Shown: positions 17,124 to 27,113, counted from the first letter of the stretch. The stretch: 64,000 nt of DNA from Thermoplasmata archaeon (GCA_050749685.1 JBOGRS010000001.1:1920-65919), one strand, 5' to 3'. The notes: generated by a model not told the origin, from the letters alone. A program made the numbers and translations.

Positions 17124-18548
17124 ATGGCGCGCAGCACGCCCGCGAACGTTCCTTCGGCGAAGGTCCCGGTCGACTACCGGACGATCGACCGCGTCAGCGG
17201 CCCCCTCCTGTTCGTCCGCGACGTCCAGAACGCCGCCTACGGCGAGATCGTCGAGATCGCGCTCCCCGATGGCACCCGCCGGCAGGGGCAGGTCCTGGAC
17301 TCCCGTAAGGGGCTCGCCATCGTGCAGGTCTTCGGGCCGACGATGGGGATGAACCTCACCTCGACCTCCGTCAAGTTCCTGGGCGAGGTCGCCCGCCTCC
17401 CCGTCTCCGACGAGATGCTGGGCCGCGTCTTCACCGGCTTGGGCGAGCCCCGCGACGGAGGTCCGCGCATCGTGAGCGAGCAACAGCTCGAGATCGTCGG
17501 GAACGCGATGAATCCCTACTCCCGCGAGGAGCCGAGCGAGTTCATCCAGACCGGGCTATCGAACATCGACGTGATGAACACGCTCGTGCGCGGCCAGAAG
17601 CTCCCGATCTTCTCGGGCGCGGGCCTCCCCCACAACCAGGTGGCGGCCCAGATCGTCCGGCAGGCGAAGCTCCGCGGCTCCGACGAGAGCTTTGCCGTCG
17701 TCTTCGCCGCGATGGGGATCACGAGCGAGGAGGCGAACTTCTTCCTGCGCGAGCTCGAGAGCACGGGGGCGCTCGAGCGCACCGTCGTCTTCCTCAACCT
17801 CTCGAGCGACCCGTCCATGGAGCGTGTCGTGACGCCCCGCATGGCGCTCACGACCGCCGAGTTCCTCGCCTACGAGCGCGACATGCACATCCTGGTCGTG
17901 ATGACGGACATGACGAACTACTGCGAGGCGCTGCGCGAGATCGCGAGCGCGCGCGAGGAGGTGCCCGGACGCCGCGGCTACCCGGGATATCTCTACACCG
18001 ACCTCGCGACGCTCTACGAGCGTGCCGGCAAGATCCACGGGCGCAAGGGGTCGATCACCCAGCTGCCCATCCTGACGATGCCCGCCGATGACATCACCCA
18101 CCCGATCCCGGACCTCACCGGCTACATCACCGAAGGACAGATCGTGGCGAGCCGCGACCTGCAGCGCCGCGGCGTCTATCCCCCGATCGACGTGCTCGTC
18201 TCCCTCTCGCGCCTGATGAACCAAGGGATCGGCAAGGGCCGAACGCGCGACGACCACCGCGGGGTCGCCGACCAGCTCTACGCGAGCTACGCGACGGGCA
18301 AGGACCAGCGCGCGCTGTCGGCGATCGTCGGCGAGGAGTCGCTCAGCGAGACGGACCGGATCTACCTCAGGATCGCCGATCGCTTCGAGAAGGAGTTCGT
18401 CAACCAGCGGCCCGACGAGGACCGCTCGATCGACCAGAGCCTCGCGATCGCCTGGGATATCCTCTCCGACCTCCCCGAGGCCGAGCTCAAGCGGATCAAG
18501 CCCGAGTTCATCCAGCAGTACCGCCTCTCGCGGACCCCGGGGGCCTAG
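17124..18548 (+). CDS. atpB: A-type ATP synthase subunit B
   Basis: ATG 17124, 2 nt after the atpA stop. [14 protein letters not shown].., [38 protein letters not shown]. Confidence 0.95.
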   Translation: MARSTPANVPSAKVPVDYRTIDRVSGPLLFVRDVQNAAYGEIVEIALPDGTRRQGQVLDSRKGLAIVQVFGPTMGMNLTSTSVKFLGEVARLPVSDEMLGRVFTGLGEPRDGGPRIVSEQQLEIVGNAMNPYSREEPSEFIQTGLSNIDVMNTLVRGQKLPIFSGAGLPHNQVAAQIVRQAKLRGSDESFAVVFAAMGITSEEANFFLRELESTGALERTVVFLNLSSDPSMERVVTPRMALTTAEFLAYERDMHILVVMTDMTNYCEALREIASAREEVPGRRGYPGYLYTDLATLYERAGKIHGRKGSITQLPILTMPADDITHPIPDLTGYITEGQIVASRDLQRRGVYPPIDVLVSLSRLMNQGIGKGRTRDDHRGVADQLYASYATGKDQRALSAIVGEESLSETDRIYLRIADRFEKEFVNQRPDEDRSIDQSLAIAWDILSDLPEAELKRIKPEFIQQYRLSRTPGA

Positions 18549-18577
18549 ACCCCGACCTCGCACGGGGGAGCGGGACG

Positions 18578-19225
18578 ATGGCGCAGGAGACGATCCGACC
18601 GACCCGGCTCGAGCTCCTGCGCACGCGCCGCCGCATCGTGCTCGCGCGTAAGGGGCTCAAGTTGCTCAAGCTCAAGCGCTCCGCGCTCATCGCCGAGTTC
18701 TTCAGCCTCTCGAAGGAGGCGATGGCGCTGCGAGGGGACCTCCAGAAGAAGATCGCCCGCGGCTACGATGCGATCCGGATGGCGGAGATCATGGAGGGCG
18801 CGACGCGCCTCGAGAGCATCTCGATGCTCCTGGTCGCGCTCCACCCGGTGCGCGTCGACACGAAGAACGTCATGGGCGTCAAGACGCCGCGCGTCGACGC
18901 CGGGCGCTTCGCCCCGATCCCCGCCGAGTCGCTCCTCGACCTGCCCACGTCGATCAACGAATCCGTCCGCCACTTCCAGGGGATCTACCAGGTCGTCCTC
19001 GACATCGCCGAGAAGGAGAACGCGCTACGCCGCCTCCTCCACGAGATCGAGAAGACGAAGCGCCGCGCGAGCGCGATCGAGAACGTGCTGATCCCCCGCC
19101 TGCAGGCGACGGTCCGCTACATCAAGTTCCAGTTCGACGAGCTCGAACGCGACGCGTTCTCGATGCTGAAGACGGTCAAGCGCAAGATGGAAGCCGAGGA
19201 GGCCGCGGCCAATGTTCCCGCGTAA
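18578..19225 (+). CDS. atpD: A-type ATP synthase subunit D
   Basis: 215 aa. N-terminus IRPTRLELLRTRRRIVLARKGLKLLKLKR, typical of subunit D. Confidence 0.85.
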   Translation: MAQETIRPTRLELLRTRRRIVLARKGLKLLKLKRSALIAEFFSLSKEAMALRGDLQKKIARGYDAIRMAEIMEGATRLESISMLLVALHPVRVDTKNVMGVKTPRVDAGRFAPIPAESLLDLPTSINESVRHFQGIYQVVLDIAEKENALRRLLHEIEKTKRRASAIENVLIPRLQATVRYIKFQFDELERDAFSMLKTVKRKMEAEEAAANVPA

Positions 19226-19342
19226 CTCCGCCCAGCGCAAGTGGGCCTGGACGATGCGGCTGAGCGTCCTCGTCAAGCTCCTCGCGCTCGCGCTCGTCCT
19301 CCTCCTCCTCGACGGCACCCTGAGGGGACTCTGGTGAATCCG

Positions 19343-19726
19343 ATGGCAACGAACGCATCGACGGCGGCGACGGGCGGGAGCGGATCGATCGACGCCTTGC
19401 GCCACCTCAAGGAGCTCGAGACCGAGGCGGAGGCGAGGCTGCGCGCGGCCGTCGAGCAAGGCGAGCGGGAGCTCTCCCAGCTGCGCTCCGAGATCGAGGC
19501 TTCGGTCCATGCCGCACGGGTCGAGGCCGACCGGACGCGCGAGGCATTGCTCCAGGCCGAGCGCGCCCGCATCGAGGCCGAGGCCGAGAGGATCGTCGCG
19601 GCCGGTAGGACGGCGGCCGAGGCGATCGAACATGGGGCCGCGAAGGACCTTCGGGCGATCTCGGAGGAGATCCTGAACCGCGTCGTCGGTCAGTTCCGCC
19701 CGCCGGCGGGCAAAGGACGGGAGTAG
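19343..19726 (+). CDS. atpH: putative A-type ATP synthase subunit H (coiled-coil stalk protein)
   Basis: ATG 19343 (GTG 19334 is an alternative). 127 aa, Ala/Glu/Arg-rich coiled coil (LKELETEAEARLRAAVEQGERELSQLRSEIE..), directly upstream of atpI as in canonical atpH-atpI order. The assignment rests on position and composition only. Confidence 0.5.
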   Translation: MATNASTAATGGSGSIDALRHLKELETEAEARLRAAVEQGERELSQLRSEIEASVHAARVEADRTREALLQAERARIEAEAERIVAAGRTAAEAIEHGAAKDLRAISEEILNRVVGQFRPPAGKGRE

Positions 19727-19732
19727 GCGGAC

Positions 19733-21703
19733 GTGCCGTTCCTTCGCCCCGTCCCGATGGCCAAGGTCGGCATCATCGGCCTCAAGGACGACCGCGCGGC
19801 CATCCTGGGCGTCCTGCATGACTTCGGCGTCGTCCAGGTCGAACCGATCGGCAAGGAGGCCCTCGCCCACCTCGATCCGGAGCACGCGAGCGACCTCGGT
19901 CGCCAGGTCGCCGACCAGCTCATCCGGTTCCGCGGGCTTCGTTCCGCCCTCCCCCCCTCGCCCGCGGGGGTCCCGCGAGCGTTCCCGTCGCTCCCGGCGC
20001 TCTTCGAGGCCGCGAAGGCCGTCCCGATCGACGACGAGGTGGGCGCGCTCAAGCGCGATGAGGACCACCGGCTCACCGAGCTCAAGGACGTCGACGACAC
20101 GATCGGGCTCCTCCGACGCCACCCTTACTACGCCGACCGGTACGACTACCTCACCGGGAAGAACGTCCTCGCGTTCTTCGGCGAGGCGCCCGCGCCCGCC
20201 TACCGAAGGCTGCGCGACCGCGTCCCCGCGTCGGCGGACGCCCACTTCCTGGACGCGCCGGCCGATGACGGGGTGCGCTTCCTGCTCGCGCTGCGCTCCG
20301 ACCAGGCCGACGCCGTCGTCCGCCTGGCCCAAGAGGCGGGGATCACGCTCACGGCCGCCCCGCGGATCACGGGGACGGCGTCCCAGGCCCTTCCGGAGCT
20401 TACCGCGCGGCGTCAGGAGATCGACCGAAGGCTGGTCGAGATCCGCGCCCGCCTTTCCGAGCTCTCCCAACAGTGGTACCCGACCGTCCTGGCCCTGGAG
20501 GAAGGGTTCGCGATCGAGAACCGCAAGCTCGACGTCTACACCCGCCTCGGCGCCGGCCGCGCGACGTTCGCCCTGGAGGGGTGGGTGCCGCAACGCCACC
20601 GCGACGAGCTCGAGCGGCGCCTCGCGACCGTGACCGAGGGGCGCACCCACACCTACACGTTGGTGACGGACGAGGAGCCGCCCACGCTGATGGACAACCC
20701 GAAGGGAGTGCGGTGGTACGAGTTCTTCATCCGGTTCTACTCGCTCCCCGTCGCGTCGGAGTGGGACCCGACGTGGGTCTTCGCGATCGTCTTCCCGATC
20801 TTCTTTGGATTCATGCTCGCGGACATCGGCTACGGCCTCACGATCCTCCTCGTCTCCCTGTGGATGATCGCGGGATTCCCCGGACGGCGCTACCTCCCCA
20901 GGTCGATCAAGAACTTCGTCAAGATGATCATGGGGCCGGACGCGATGCGCTCGCTCGCCTACGCGATCGTCCCGGGGACGATCCTCGCGATCGGGCTCGG
21001 GGTCGCGTCCGACGAGTTCTTCGGGTTCCACCTGTTGAACTACCTCTTCGGGTTCCACGCGCTCTACGATCCGGTCGCGTCGATCGGCAAGCTCCTCCTC
21101 CTCGCCGGGTTTATCGGTCTCGGCATGGTCCTTCTCGGGTTCTTCCTCGGGGTCGTCAACGCCTACGCCCACCGACACCTCCGCGAGGCGCTGGCGAAGG
21201 CGGGGGGGATGATCACCTCGGTCGGTGTCGCCGGGCTCGGCCTCGCGGTGATCTACAAGGACCCGACGAGCCTCGTCGCCGGGTTCGTCGCGGTGTCGAT
21301 CGTCGGCCTCGCCATGATGTTCGCCGAGGGCGCGCAGCACGCGATCATGGGGGCGATCGAGGTCGTGAGCCACATCCTGTCGTTCACGCGCTTGGTGGGC
21401 ATCCTGCTCGCGTCGGTGATCCTGGCGCTCGTGATCAACTCGGTCGCCTACGGGCTCCTCCAGGGCCATAGCCCGCTCGGCGTCGTCGGCGGGATCATCC
21501 TGGGCCTGCTCATCCTGATCGCCGGACAGACGTTCAACGTCATCCTTGGGGTCTTCGAGCCCGGGATCCAAGGAGCGCGGCTCATCTTCGTCGAGCACTT
21601 CTCGAAGTTCTACGGCGGCAACGGTCGCCCGTTCCGGCCGTTCGCGTCCTCGCGGGTCCACACGCTCCCGACGAATGGCGGCCGCGCCGGCGAGCGCCCG
21701 TAG
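19733..21703 (+). CDS. atpI: A-type ATP synthase subunit I (membrane a-subunit)
   Basis: 656 aa. Soluble N-terminal half, then multi-TM C-terminal half with the SFTRLVGILLAS helix (conserved Arg). Confidence 0.85.
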   Translation: MPFLRPVPMAKVGIIGLKDDRAAILGVLHDFGVVQVEPIGKEALAHLDPEHASDLGRQVADQLIRFRGLRSALPPSPAGVPRAFPSLPALFEAAKAVPIDDEVGALKRDEDHRLTELKDVDDTIGLLRRHPYYADRYDYLTGKNVLAFFGEAPAPAYRRLRDRVPASADAHFLDAPADDGVRFLLALRSDQADAVVRLAQEAGITLTAAPRITGTASQALPELTARRQEIDRRLVEIRARLSELSQQWYPTVLALEEGFAIENRKLDVYTRLGAGRATFALEGWVPQRHRDELERRLATVTEGRTHTYTLVTDEEPPTLMDNPKGVRWYEFFIRFYSLPVASEWDPTWVFAIVFPIFFGFMLADIGYGLTILLVSLWMIAGFPGRRYLPRSIKNFVKMIMGPDAMRSLAYAIVPGTILAIGLGVASDEFFGFHLLNYLFGFHALYDPVASIGKLLLLAGFIGLGMVLLGFFLGVVNAYAHRHLREALAKAGGMITSVGVAGLGLAVIYKDPTSLVAGFVAVSIVGLAMMFAEGAQHAIMGAIEVVSHILSFTRLVGILLASVILALVINSVAYGLLQGHSPLGVVGGIILGLLILIAGQTFNVILGVFEPGIQGARLIFVEHFSKFYGGNGRPFRPFASSRVHTLPTNGGRAGERP

Positions 21704-21757
21704 GCGGACCGACGCGACCCGTCGGTCGTCGCTCCCGCTTTCGGTGGGCGCGTCGGA

Positions 21758-22834
21758 TCAGACCCGCGCGAGGACGAGCAGGTTCGTGAGCGCGGACGCG
21801 CTCACGCCATAGACCTTGCCGTAGATGATGCGCCGAAGGTCGGTGCGCTCGAGCTCGGCGAGGAGGAGGTAGGTGAAGATCATCGCGAGCGAGAGAGGGT
21901 AGGTCCGAAGTCGCTTGAGCTCGCGCAGTGCGCGGTCCCGCGAGAGCTCCACCTCGTAGCCGGTGAGGCTGCGGCTCTCCTGGTAGGCCCCGTTGCCCTC
22001 GGCGAGGGTCGGGAAGCGCGGTTGCAGCGCGCCCACGAGCTCGGGGACGCTGCGGGCACCGTAGGCCTCGAGGGCCGCCGCCCGCGGGAACTGGCCCCCC
22101 TCGAGGAAGCGCGCCTCGACGGTCGCGACGGGCAGGTCCCCGTCCTTCCCCTTCAGGAGGAGGAGCGCGTTGCGCTGGTCGATCTCGCCCTGGACGAACC
22201 CGCGTACGACCCACTCGTCCCCCTGGAAGAACCGGCTCGCCTCGAGCAGGCGCTGGTAGTAGTCGCGGTCGAGCGCCTGGAGGAGCGGGAAGATGTCCTT
22301 CGTGCGTTCGTAGGTGTCCATGAGGGGGAGGAGGACCGAGCCGTAGCCGAACTTGACCAGGCTCGAGGCGATCGCCTCGAGGGACGGCTGGGCGAGGAGG
22401 AGGCGGAAATCGTCGATCGTCATCGTGCCGGCGAACAACCCGGCCGGGATCTCGCGGCTCGACACGAGGAAGACCTCGGCGTCGGACACCGCGCGTCCCT
22501 GGGCCTTCGCGGAGAGGATGAGGCCGATGTTCTGGAGGTCCCATCGCCTCAGGTAGGCGCCGACCACCGGCTTGCCCGCGAACGGGGACGCCTCCAGGGC
22601 GAGGCGGTTGCGGCGCACGAACGTCCGGTTGATCGCGATCTCGAGGAGCTGGCTCCCTTTGTAGGACGCCGCGGCCTGGACCAGCTCGGGTCCGTACGGC
22701 GACGCCTCGAGCGACTTCGCGATCTCGTTGACGTCCTTCGCGTTGACGAGGGCGGTGTAGCTCTCGCGCGCGAGGAAGCTCGGAAGCTGCGCCTTGAGGC
22801 GGCCGAGCGAACTCGCGTACGGGGAGCCGGCCAT
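21758..22834 (-). CDS. atpC: A-type ATP synthase subunit C (d-type)
   Basis: 358 aa, all-helical, with tandem-repeat architecture. Follows atpE on the minus strand. Confidence 0.75.
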   Translation of the reverse strand: MAGSPYASSLGRLKAQLPSFLARESYTALVNAKDVNEIAKSLEASPYGPELVQAAASYKGSQLLEIAINRTFVRRNRLALEASPFAGKPVVGAYLRRWDLQNIGLILSAKAQGRAVSDAEVFLVSSREIPAGLFAGTMTIDDFRLLLAQPSLEAIASSLVKFGYGSVLLPLMDTYERTKDIFPLLQALDRDYYQRLLEASRFFQGDEWVVRGFVQGEIDQRNALLLLKGKDGDLPVATVEARFLEGGQFPRAAALEAYGARSVPELVGALQPRFPTLAEGNGAYQESRSLTGYEVELSRDRALRELKRLRTYPLSLAMIFTYLLLAELERTDLRRIIYGKVYGVSASALTNLLVLARV

Positions 22835-22851
22835 CGCCTTCGCCCGGCCCT

Positions 22852-23406
22852 CTACGCGGCGAGGAGCTCGCGGACGCGGTCCTCGCGCAGCCGCAAGAGC
22901 TCATCGAACGTCAGGTTGAGCCGCTTCGCGCCGTCGTGCGTCTCGGCGACGAGCCCGCCCATGATCGGGAGCGGCGTGGTGTCGAACGCCTTCCCGGCGA
23001 CCGACTTGAGGAGCGCGGCGTCCTTTTCGCGCCCGCGCACCCGGATCGCCTTCCCCAGACGGTCGACGGCGAAGGCGTACATGCGCTTCACCACGATCGG
23101 ATACTCGTCCGTCGCCGTGTAGCCGGCGAGCAACGTGCGGGCCCTCTCGAGCGCCTCCCCCATCTGACGCTCGCGGGCCTCGTAGGCGAGCTTGCGGGCG
23201 GTGAGCTTCGCGCTCGCGAGCTTCTGCGCGCGCTCGCGGGCGGCGTCCAATTGGGCCGTGCGTTCGGATTCCTCGCGCACCCGTGCGAGGCGTCGATCGC
23301 GGTCGGCGAGGAGCTGACCCTTCGCCCCCTCGATCCGGGAGCGTTCGCGGGCGAGCTCGGCCTCCGCCCGCGCGCGGATCTCCTCGACGAGTCGTTCGAG
23401 GGTCAT
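22852..23406 (-). CDS. atpE: A-type ATP synthase subunit E
   Basis: 184 aa. N-terminal long coiled coil (LERLVEEIRARAEAELARERSRIEGAK..) plus a C-terminal globular part. Sits between atpK and atpC. Confidence 0.7.
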   Translation of the reverse strand: MTLERLVEEIRARAEAELARERSRIEGAKGQLLADRDRRLARVREESERTAQLDAARERAQKLASAKLTARKLAYEARERQMGEALERARTLLAGYTATDEYPIVVKRMYAFAVDRLGKAIRVRGREKDAALLKSVAGKAFDTTPLPIMGGLVAETHDGAKRLNLTFDELLRLREDRVRELLAA

Positions 23407-23424
23407 GCCGACCGCGCCCTCGTC

Positions 23425-23643
23425 TTACAGGATGTTGAGGAGCAGGATGATCCCCAGCACGAACCCGATGATCCAGAGCGTCTCGGGAATGACGAAGAAG
23501 AACAGCACCTGGCCGAACTTCTCCGGCTTCTCGGCGATGATCCCCATCCCGGCCGCCCCGATCCCGGACTGGGCCATCCCGGTTCCGATGAGTCCTCCGG
23601 CGATGGCGATCCCGGCCGCGAGCGTCTGGAAATCCGTAGGCAT
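23425..23643 (-). CDS. atpK: A-type ATP synthase proteolipid subunit K
   Basis: 72 aa. Two TM helices: a Gly-rich helix 1 (AAGIAIAGGLIGTGMAQSGIGAAG) and the carboxylate helix FFFVIPETLWIIGFV. Confidence 0.85.
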   Translation of the reverse strand: MPTDFQTLAAGIAIAGGLIGTGMAQSGIGAAGMGIIAEKPEKFGQVLFFFVIPETLWIIGFVLGIILLLNIL

Positions 23644-23822
23644 GAACGGGAACTCCCGGGCCGCGCAGAAAGGTCGGGTATATAACGCAAAGGACCGGCG
23701 CGTGACGGTGATGAAGGTCGACCCCCCGACGAACCCCCTCGGATCGAGGCCCCCGCGGGCGCCACGGTCGCTTGGGAGGGGACGGAGATATACCCACCCG
23801 CGCCTCCCGGGCCCGGACCGGC

Positions 23823-24533
23823 ATGACGAACACGAACCTCCACCAGCTTTCGGACCAGCTCACGCGGGACCTCAACCTCACCGGTCCGCCGATCCAGATC
23901 AGCTATCTCGAGCATGCCCCCGCGGGGGTCACCGCGCATCCCGGGGGCGCCCCATCGGTCTGCACCTTCTTCGCCGAGGGTCAGCGGTCGCCCTTCTACG
24001 TCGACCTGAAGGGCCACGAGGCGTGCGAGATCGGCGCCTTCGTCCTGGGGATCGCCCCGGCGGGCGAGCTCGGAGGCCGACTCATGGCGACGATCGGCGC
24101 GATGCAGAAGGAAGGCTACCTTCAGGCGGGCGAGGAAGCCAAGGTCCCCCACAACGCTTCGGCCCCCGCGTTCGTCGCCTACGGGCCGCTCGGCTCCCTC
24201 CCGATGCCCCCGACGGACGTCCTCCTCCTCGCAACGCCGGCATCGGCGATGCTCGCGCTCGAGGCGTCCCCCCAACCCGCGCCGATGAACGGGCGCCCGA
24301 TGTGCGCCATCGTCCCGATCCTGAACCAGGGCGCCCCGGTGGCGGTCTCGCTCGGGTGCACGGGCTCGCGCATCTACACGCAGATGGGGGACGACCGCCT
24401 GGTCGTCGGCGTGCGCGGCGACTACCTCGAGAGGTTCGCGGCGGACGTGCGGAAGATCCGTGCGGCCAACGCGTGGGTCGACGGGGAAGACTCCCGTCGC
24501 CGCGCCGAGGCGACCCACCCCTTCACTCGCTAG
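23823..24533 (+). CDS. DUF169 family protein
   Basis: ATG 23823 (MTNTNLHQLSDQLTRDLNL..), 236 aa. The overall pattern (..CTFF..G..F......H..C..G..VLG..; ..RPMCA..P....G...VSLGC.G.R.Y) is typical of DUF169. GATATAC box ~30 nt upstream. Confidence 0.6.
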   Translation: MTNTNLHQLSDQLTRDLNLTGPPIQISYLEHAPAGVTAHPGGAPSVCTFFAEGQRSPFYVDLKGHEACEIGAFVLGIAPAGELGGRLMATIGAMQKEGYLQAGEEAKVPHNASAPAFVAYGPLGSLPMPPTDVLLLATPASAMLALEASPQPAPMNGRPMCAIVPILNQGAPVAVSLGCTGSRIYTQMGDDRLVVGVRGDYLERFAADVRKIRAANAWVDGEDSRRRAEATHPFTR

Positions 24534-25380
24534 GCGGAGGCGGCTCGTGGGGGAGCGCCCCGGTCGGGGTTTCGCGGAGGACGTCATCGGGGGGGCTCGA
24601 ACCCTTCGCCCCGTTTCGACGCCGTCGGGCCACCACGACCACGGCGGCGAGGACGACGATCACGATCCCGCCGATCGGGGCGTAGGCGGCGACCGGGGAG
24701 AGCCCGAAAAGGCCGGCGGCCGCTGCGATGGTGAACGACGTCGACGCCGTCGTGACGCCGCCGCGCGCGTCGGTCACCGTTACGGTGACCGTATGCGTCC
24801 CGGAGGAGCGCGTGGTGCAGTTGAGCCGCGAGGCGTTCACGCTCCTCGTCGCCGACGGGAGGGCCGCACTCGGGGCCGATGGGAGGAAGGTCCCCGAGCT
24901 CGTCGCCGGACCAGGAGAAGAGGACCGGCACCGTCAGCAGGTCCGGAGTCGTATGGACACCGCCACCGGCGTCCGTCGCACGGGCGTTCACAAGATAGAC
25001 CCCCGGGGTGGTGTAGGTGTGCTCCGTGGTGGTCAGGCCACCCGTCGCGGTGGATCCATCGCCAAAGTCCCACCGGACGCTCCCGTCCATGCTCCCGTTC
25101 GGGAGCTCCGCGAAGAACGGCACCGCCACGCCCGCCATCCCCCGCGCCACGGAGGTCGTGATCCGTAGGTCGCGGGACGCGACCGGACTCGCCGCGAGGG
25201 AGGCGGAAACCCCCCTTCGTTCGACCGCGCCTACACCCGCGCTTCGATCGAGGTCGGCAGCGCGCTCAGCAGGAGCCCGACCGCGATCATTACCATGATC
25301 GTCCCCGTTACGCGAAGGACCGGGCGCTCGTTCCCTCGCGCCGCCGTCGGGACATGGTGCGTCGCCCCCGCCGGGCCCAT
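24523..25380 (-). pseudogene. PKD-domain cell-surface protein interrupted by two frame changes
   Basis: Three consecutive frames carry one coherent protein. The first is an N-terminal anchor/signal MGPAG..RPVLRVTGTIMVMIAVGLLLSALPTSIEARV (stop at 25231-33). The second is PKD domain 1 ..SLAASPVASRDLRITTSV..VRWDFGDGSTATGGLTTTEHTYTTPGVYLVNARATDAGGG... The third is PKD domain 2 ..NCTTRSSGTHTVTVTVTDARGGVTTASTSFTI plus the C-terminal TM LSPVAAYAPIGGIVIVVLAAVVVVARRRR. Confidence 0.6.
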
Positions 25381-25430
25381 GGCGCCTTCCGAACGACCGG
25401 TCGCGTGAAAGGGTTTCGGAATCGGGGCCG

Positions 25431-25907
25431 TCAGCCGGGCGACGTGGGATCGACCGGCGACCCCGAACGTATTCGGTCCGGTCGCCCGTTCCGCCACAGC
25501 ACGACCGCCGCGGCGAGGGCGATGCCGTTCGCGATGTAGGTTCCGAGGCAGACCGGACAGATGGCCCCGATCTCGAAGGTCTCTAGGGCGAAGAGGTAGA
25601 CCGAGAGGATCAGACCCAACGTCGACAGCGCAAGGAACGCCTTGAGCCACGACCGGTCCCACGTACGGTAGAGCGGGACGTCCACGGCGATCATCGCGAG
25701 GAATCCCCCGATGCCGTACCAGTAGTCCGCGATACCGAGGGTGGTCGTGCGGCCGCTCTCGACCACCTTGCCGCAGGAGAAGAACGCGGTGAACGAGCAC
25801 GACGACTGGGCCGCTGGATTGACCGTCTCGTAGGCGGCGTAGATCGAGAGGAGGAGGCCGGCGCCCAGCGCGACCGGAATGAGGGCGTGCAGGTTCTCGG
25901 CCTTCAT
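25431..25907 (-). CDS. vitamin K epoxide reductase (VKOR) family membrane protein
   Basis: 158 aa, 4-5 TM. Loop Cys pair SCSFTAFFSCGKV and active-site CPVC in a TM helix. Confidence 0.75.
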   Translation of the reverse strand: MKAENLHALIPVALGAGLLLSIYAAYETVNPAAQSSCSFTAFFSCGKVVESGRTTTLGIADYWYGIGGFLAMIAVDVPLYRTWDRSWLKAFLALSTLGLILSVYLFALETFEIGAICPVCLGTYIANGIALAAAVVLWRNGRPDRIRSGSPVDPTSPG

Positions 25908-25913
25908 CGCTCC

Positions 25914-27029
25914 CTACGAGATCTGGTTGAGGTCGCCCTGGACGAGGGGATCGTTCGCGAGGCCGGTGGGCTGCCCGTGATCGAGCTTCACGAGGAACGC
26001 CATCATGTAGTACGCCGGCGGGCCCACCGCGGTCCACGCGGATCCGGATTGATTGGCGATCTCCTGCTGGACGGTCGACGCCGACATGCCGTCCAGTTGG
26101 CCCGGGTCGACGAGCGTCCCGCTGTGAAGGTAGATCCCGCCCAGGACGACGAACGGGAGCCCGCCCGCGTCGTAGGCGCTCACGTACGCCTGCTCGATGC
26201 ACTGGCCGAGCGGCGGGTCGGCGACCTGAGCATCGTTCGTGTCCTCCGCGACCTGAAGGGTCACGTACCGGCTCTGGAGCGTGGCCGAGGCAAGGACGAC
26301 CTCGGGGGTGTTCGGATAGTTGTCCGTCGAGGACGAATGCCCGTAGGAGAGTCCCGAGAGCGAGCCGAACTTCTCGAGCGCGACGGTCATCGCCCAGCTG
26401 GAGGCGGAGCAGTACGGGCACGCGACGGAGCCGTAGAAGAAGAACACGGGCGCGGCGTTCGACGACCAGAGCGAGGCGCTCGACTTCTCCCAGCCACCGG
26501 GCTCCGACGTGAGCGCCGGCGAGAGGAGCGGACATCCCTGGGTGATGGCGGCGAGACCGAACATCCCCGGGACGACGAACCCCAGCATGACGCCCGAGAC
26601 CACGGCCGAGCGGTAGGTCGAGGTCCAGCGTTCGGACGTGCGCAGGAGCCCGAACGAGAGGAGGAAGCCGAAGATCGCGAGAAGGAGTCCGATCGTCGGG
26701 ATCGCCGCGAGGTACGTCCCCACCGGGGACGGGAAGACGAAGGCGAGGACGAACCATATCGCGAGGAGCGGGACGGCGACGTACGCGATCCGCGTCACGC
26801 GTCCCCAGAACGCGGGCTTCCCCTCGGTGGACGCGTCCGCCCCCCCGTCGTCGGGTCGGCCGGAACGGCGCCGGCGCGTCGAGCGGCGCTGGTGGTAGAG
26901 GGCCCGCAGGGCGTGGCCGGGGTCGCCCGCGTTCGCGTCATGGTGGAAGTCGGCCCGGGGGTCGCGGACGATCCGGTCCCAGTCCCACCCCTTCGACCTG
27001 AGGCGTTCGACAGCCTCCCAGTCCACCAT
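25914..27029 (-). CDS. membrane-anchored thioredoxin-like DUF929 protein (CPYC)
   Basis: 371 aa. N-terminal cytoplasmic part, TM helices, then the extracytoplasmic domain FFFYGSVACPYCSASSWAM. Ends 6 nt before the VKOR start. Confidence 0.6.
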   Translation of the reverse strand: MVDWEAVERLRSKGWDWDRIVRDPRADFHHDANAGDPGHALRALYHQRRSTRRRRSGRPDDGGADASTEGKPAFWGRVTRIAYVAVPLLAIWFVLAFVFPSPVGTYLAAIPTIGLLLAIFGFLLSFGLLRTSERWTSTYRSAVVSGVMLGFVVPGMFGLAAITQGCPLLSPALTSEPGGWEKSSASLWSSNAAPVFFFYGSVACPYCSASSWAMTVALEKFGSLSGLSYGHSSSTDNYPNTPEVVLASATLQSRYVTLQVAEDTNDAQVADPPLGQCIEQAYVSAYDAGGLPFVVLGGIYLHSGTLVDPGQLDGMSASTVQQEIANQSGSAWTAVGPPAYYMMAFLVKLDHGQPTGLANDPLVQGDLNQIS

Positions 27030-27113
27030 CCGAGGCCGCGAGGCCGGGGCGACTACATCTCACTTTCACCTCCTCGCGGCGGCCTAATACGCGCCGTGGG
27101 CTACCGCCGTGGG

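Noticed and set aside
19025-21661. 878-aa minus-strand ORF
   Set aside because: It is antisense to atpH/atpI. The translation is Asp/Glu/Arg/Pro low-complexity, while the plus strand encodes a bona fide multi-TM subunit I.
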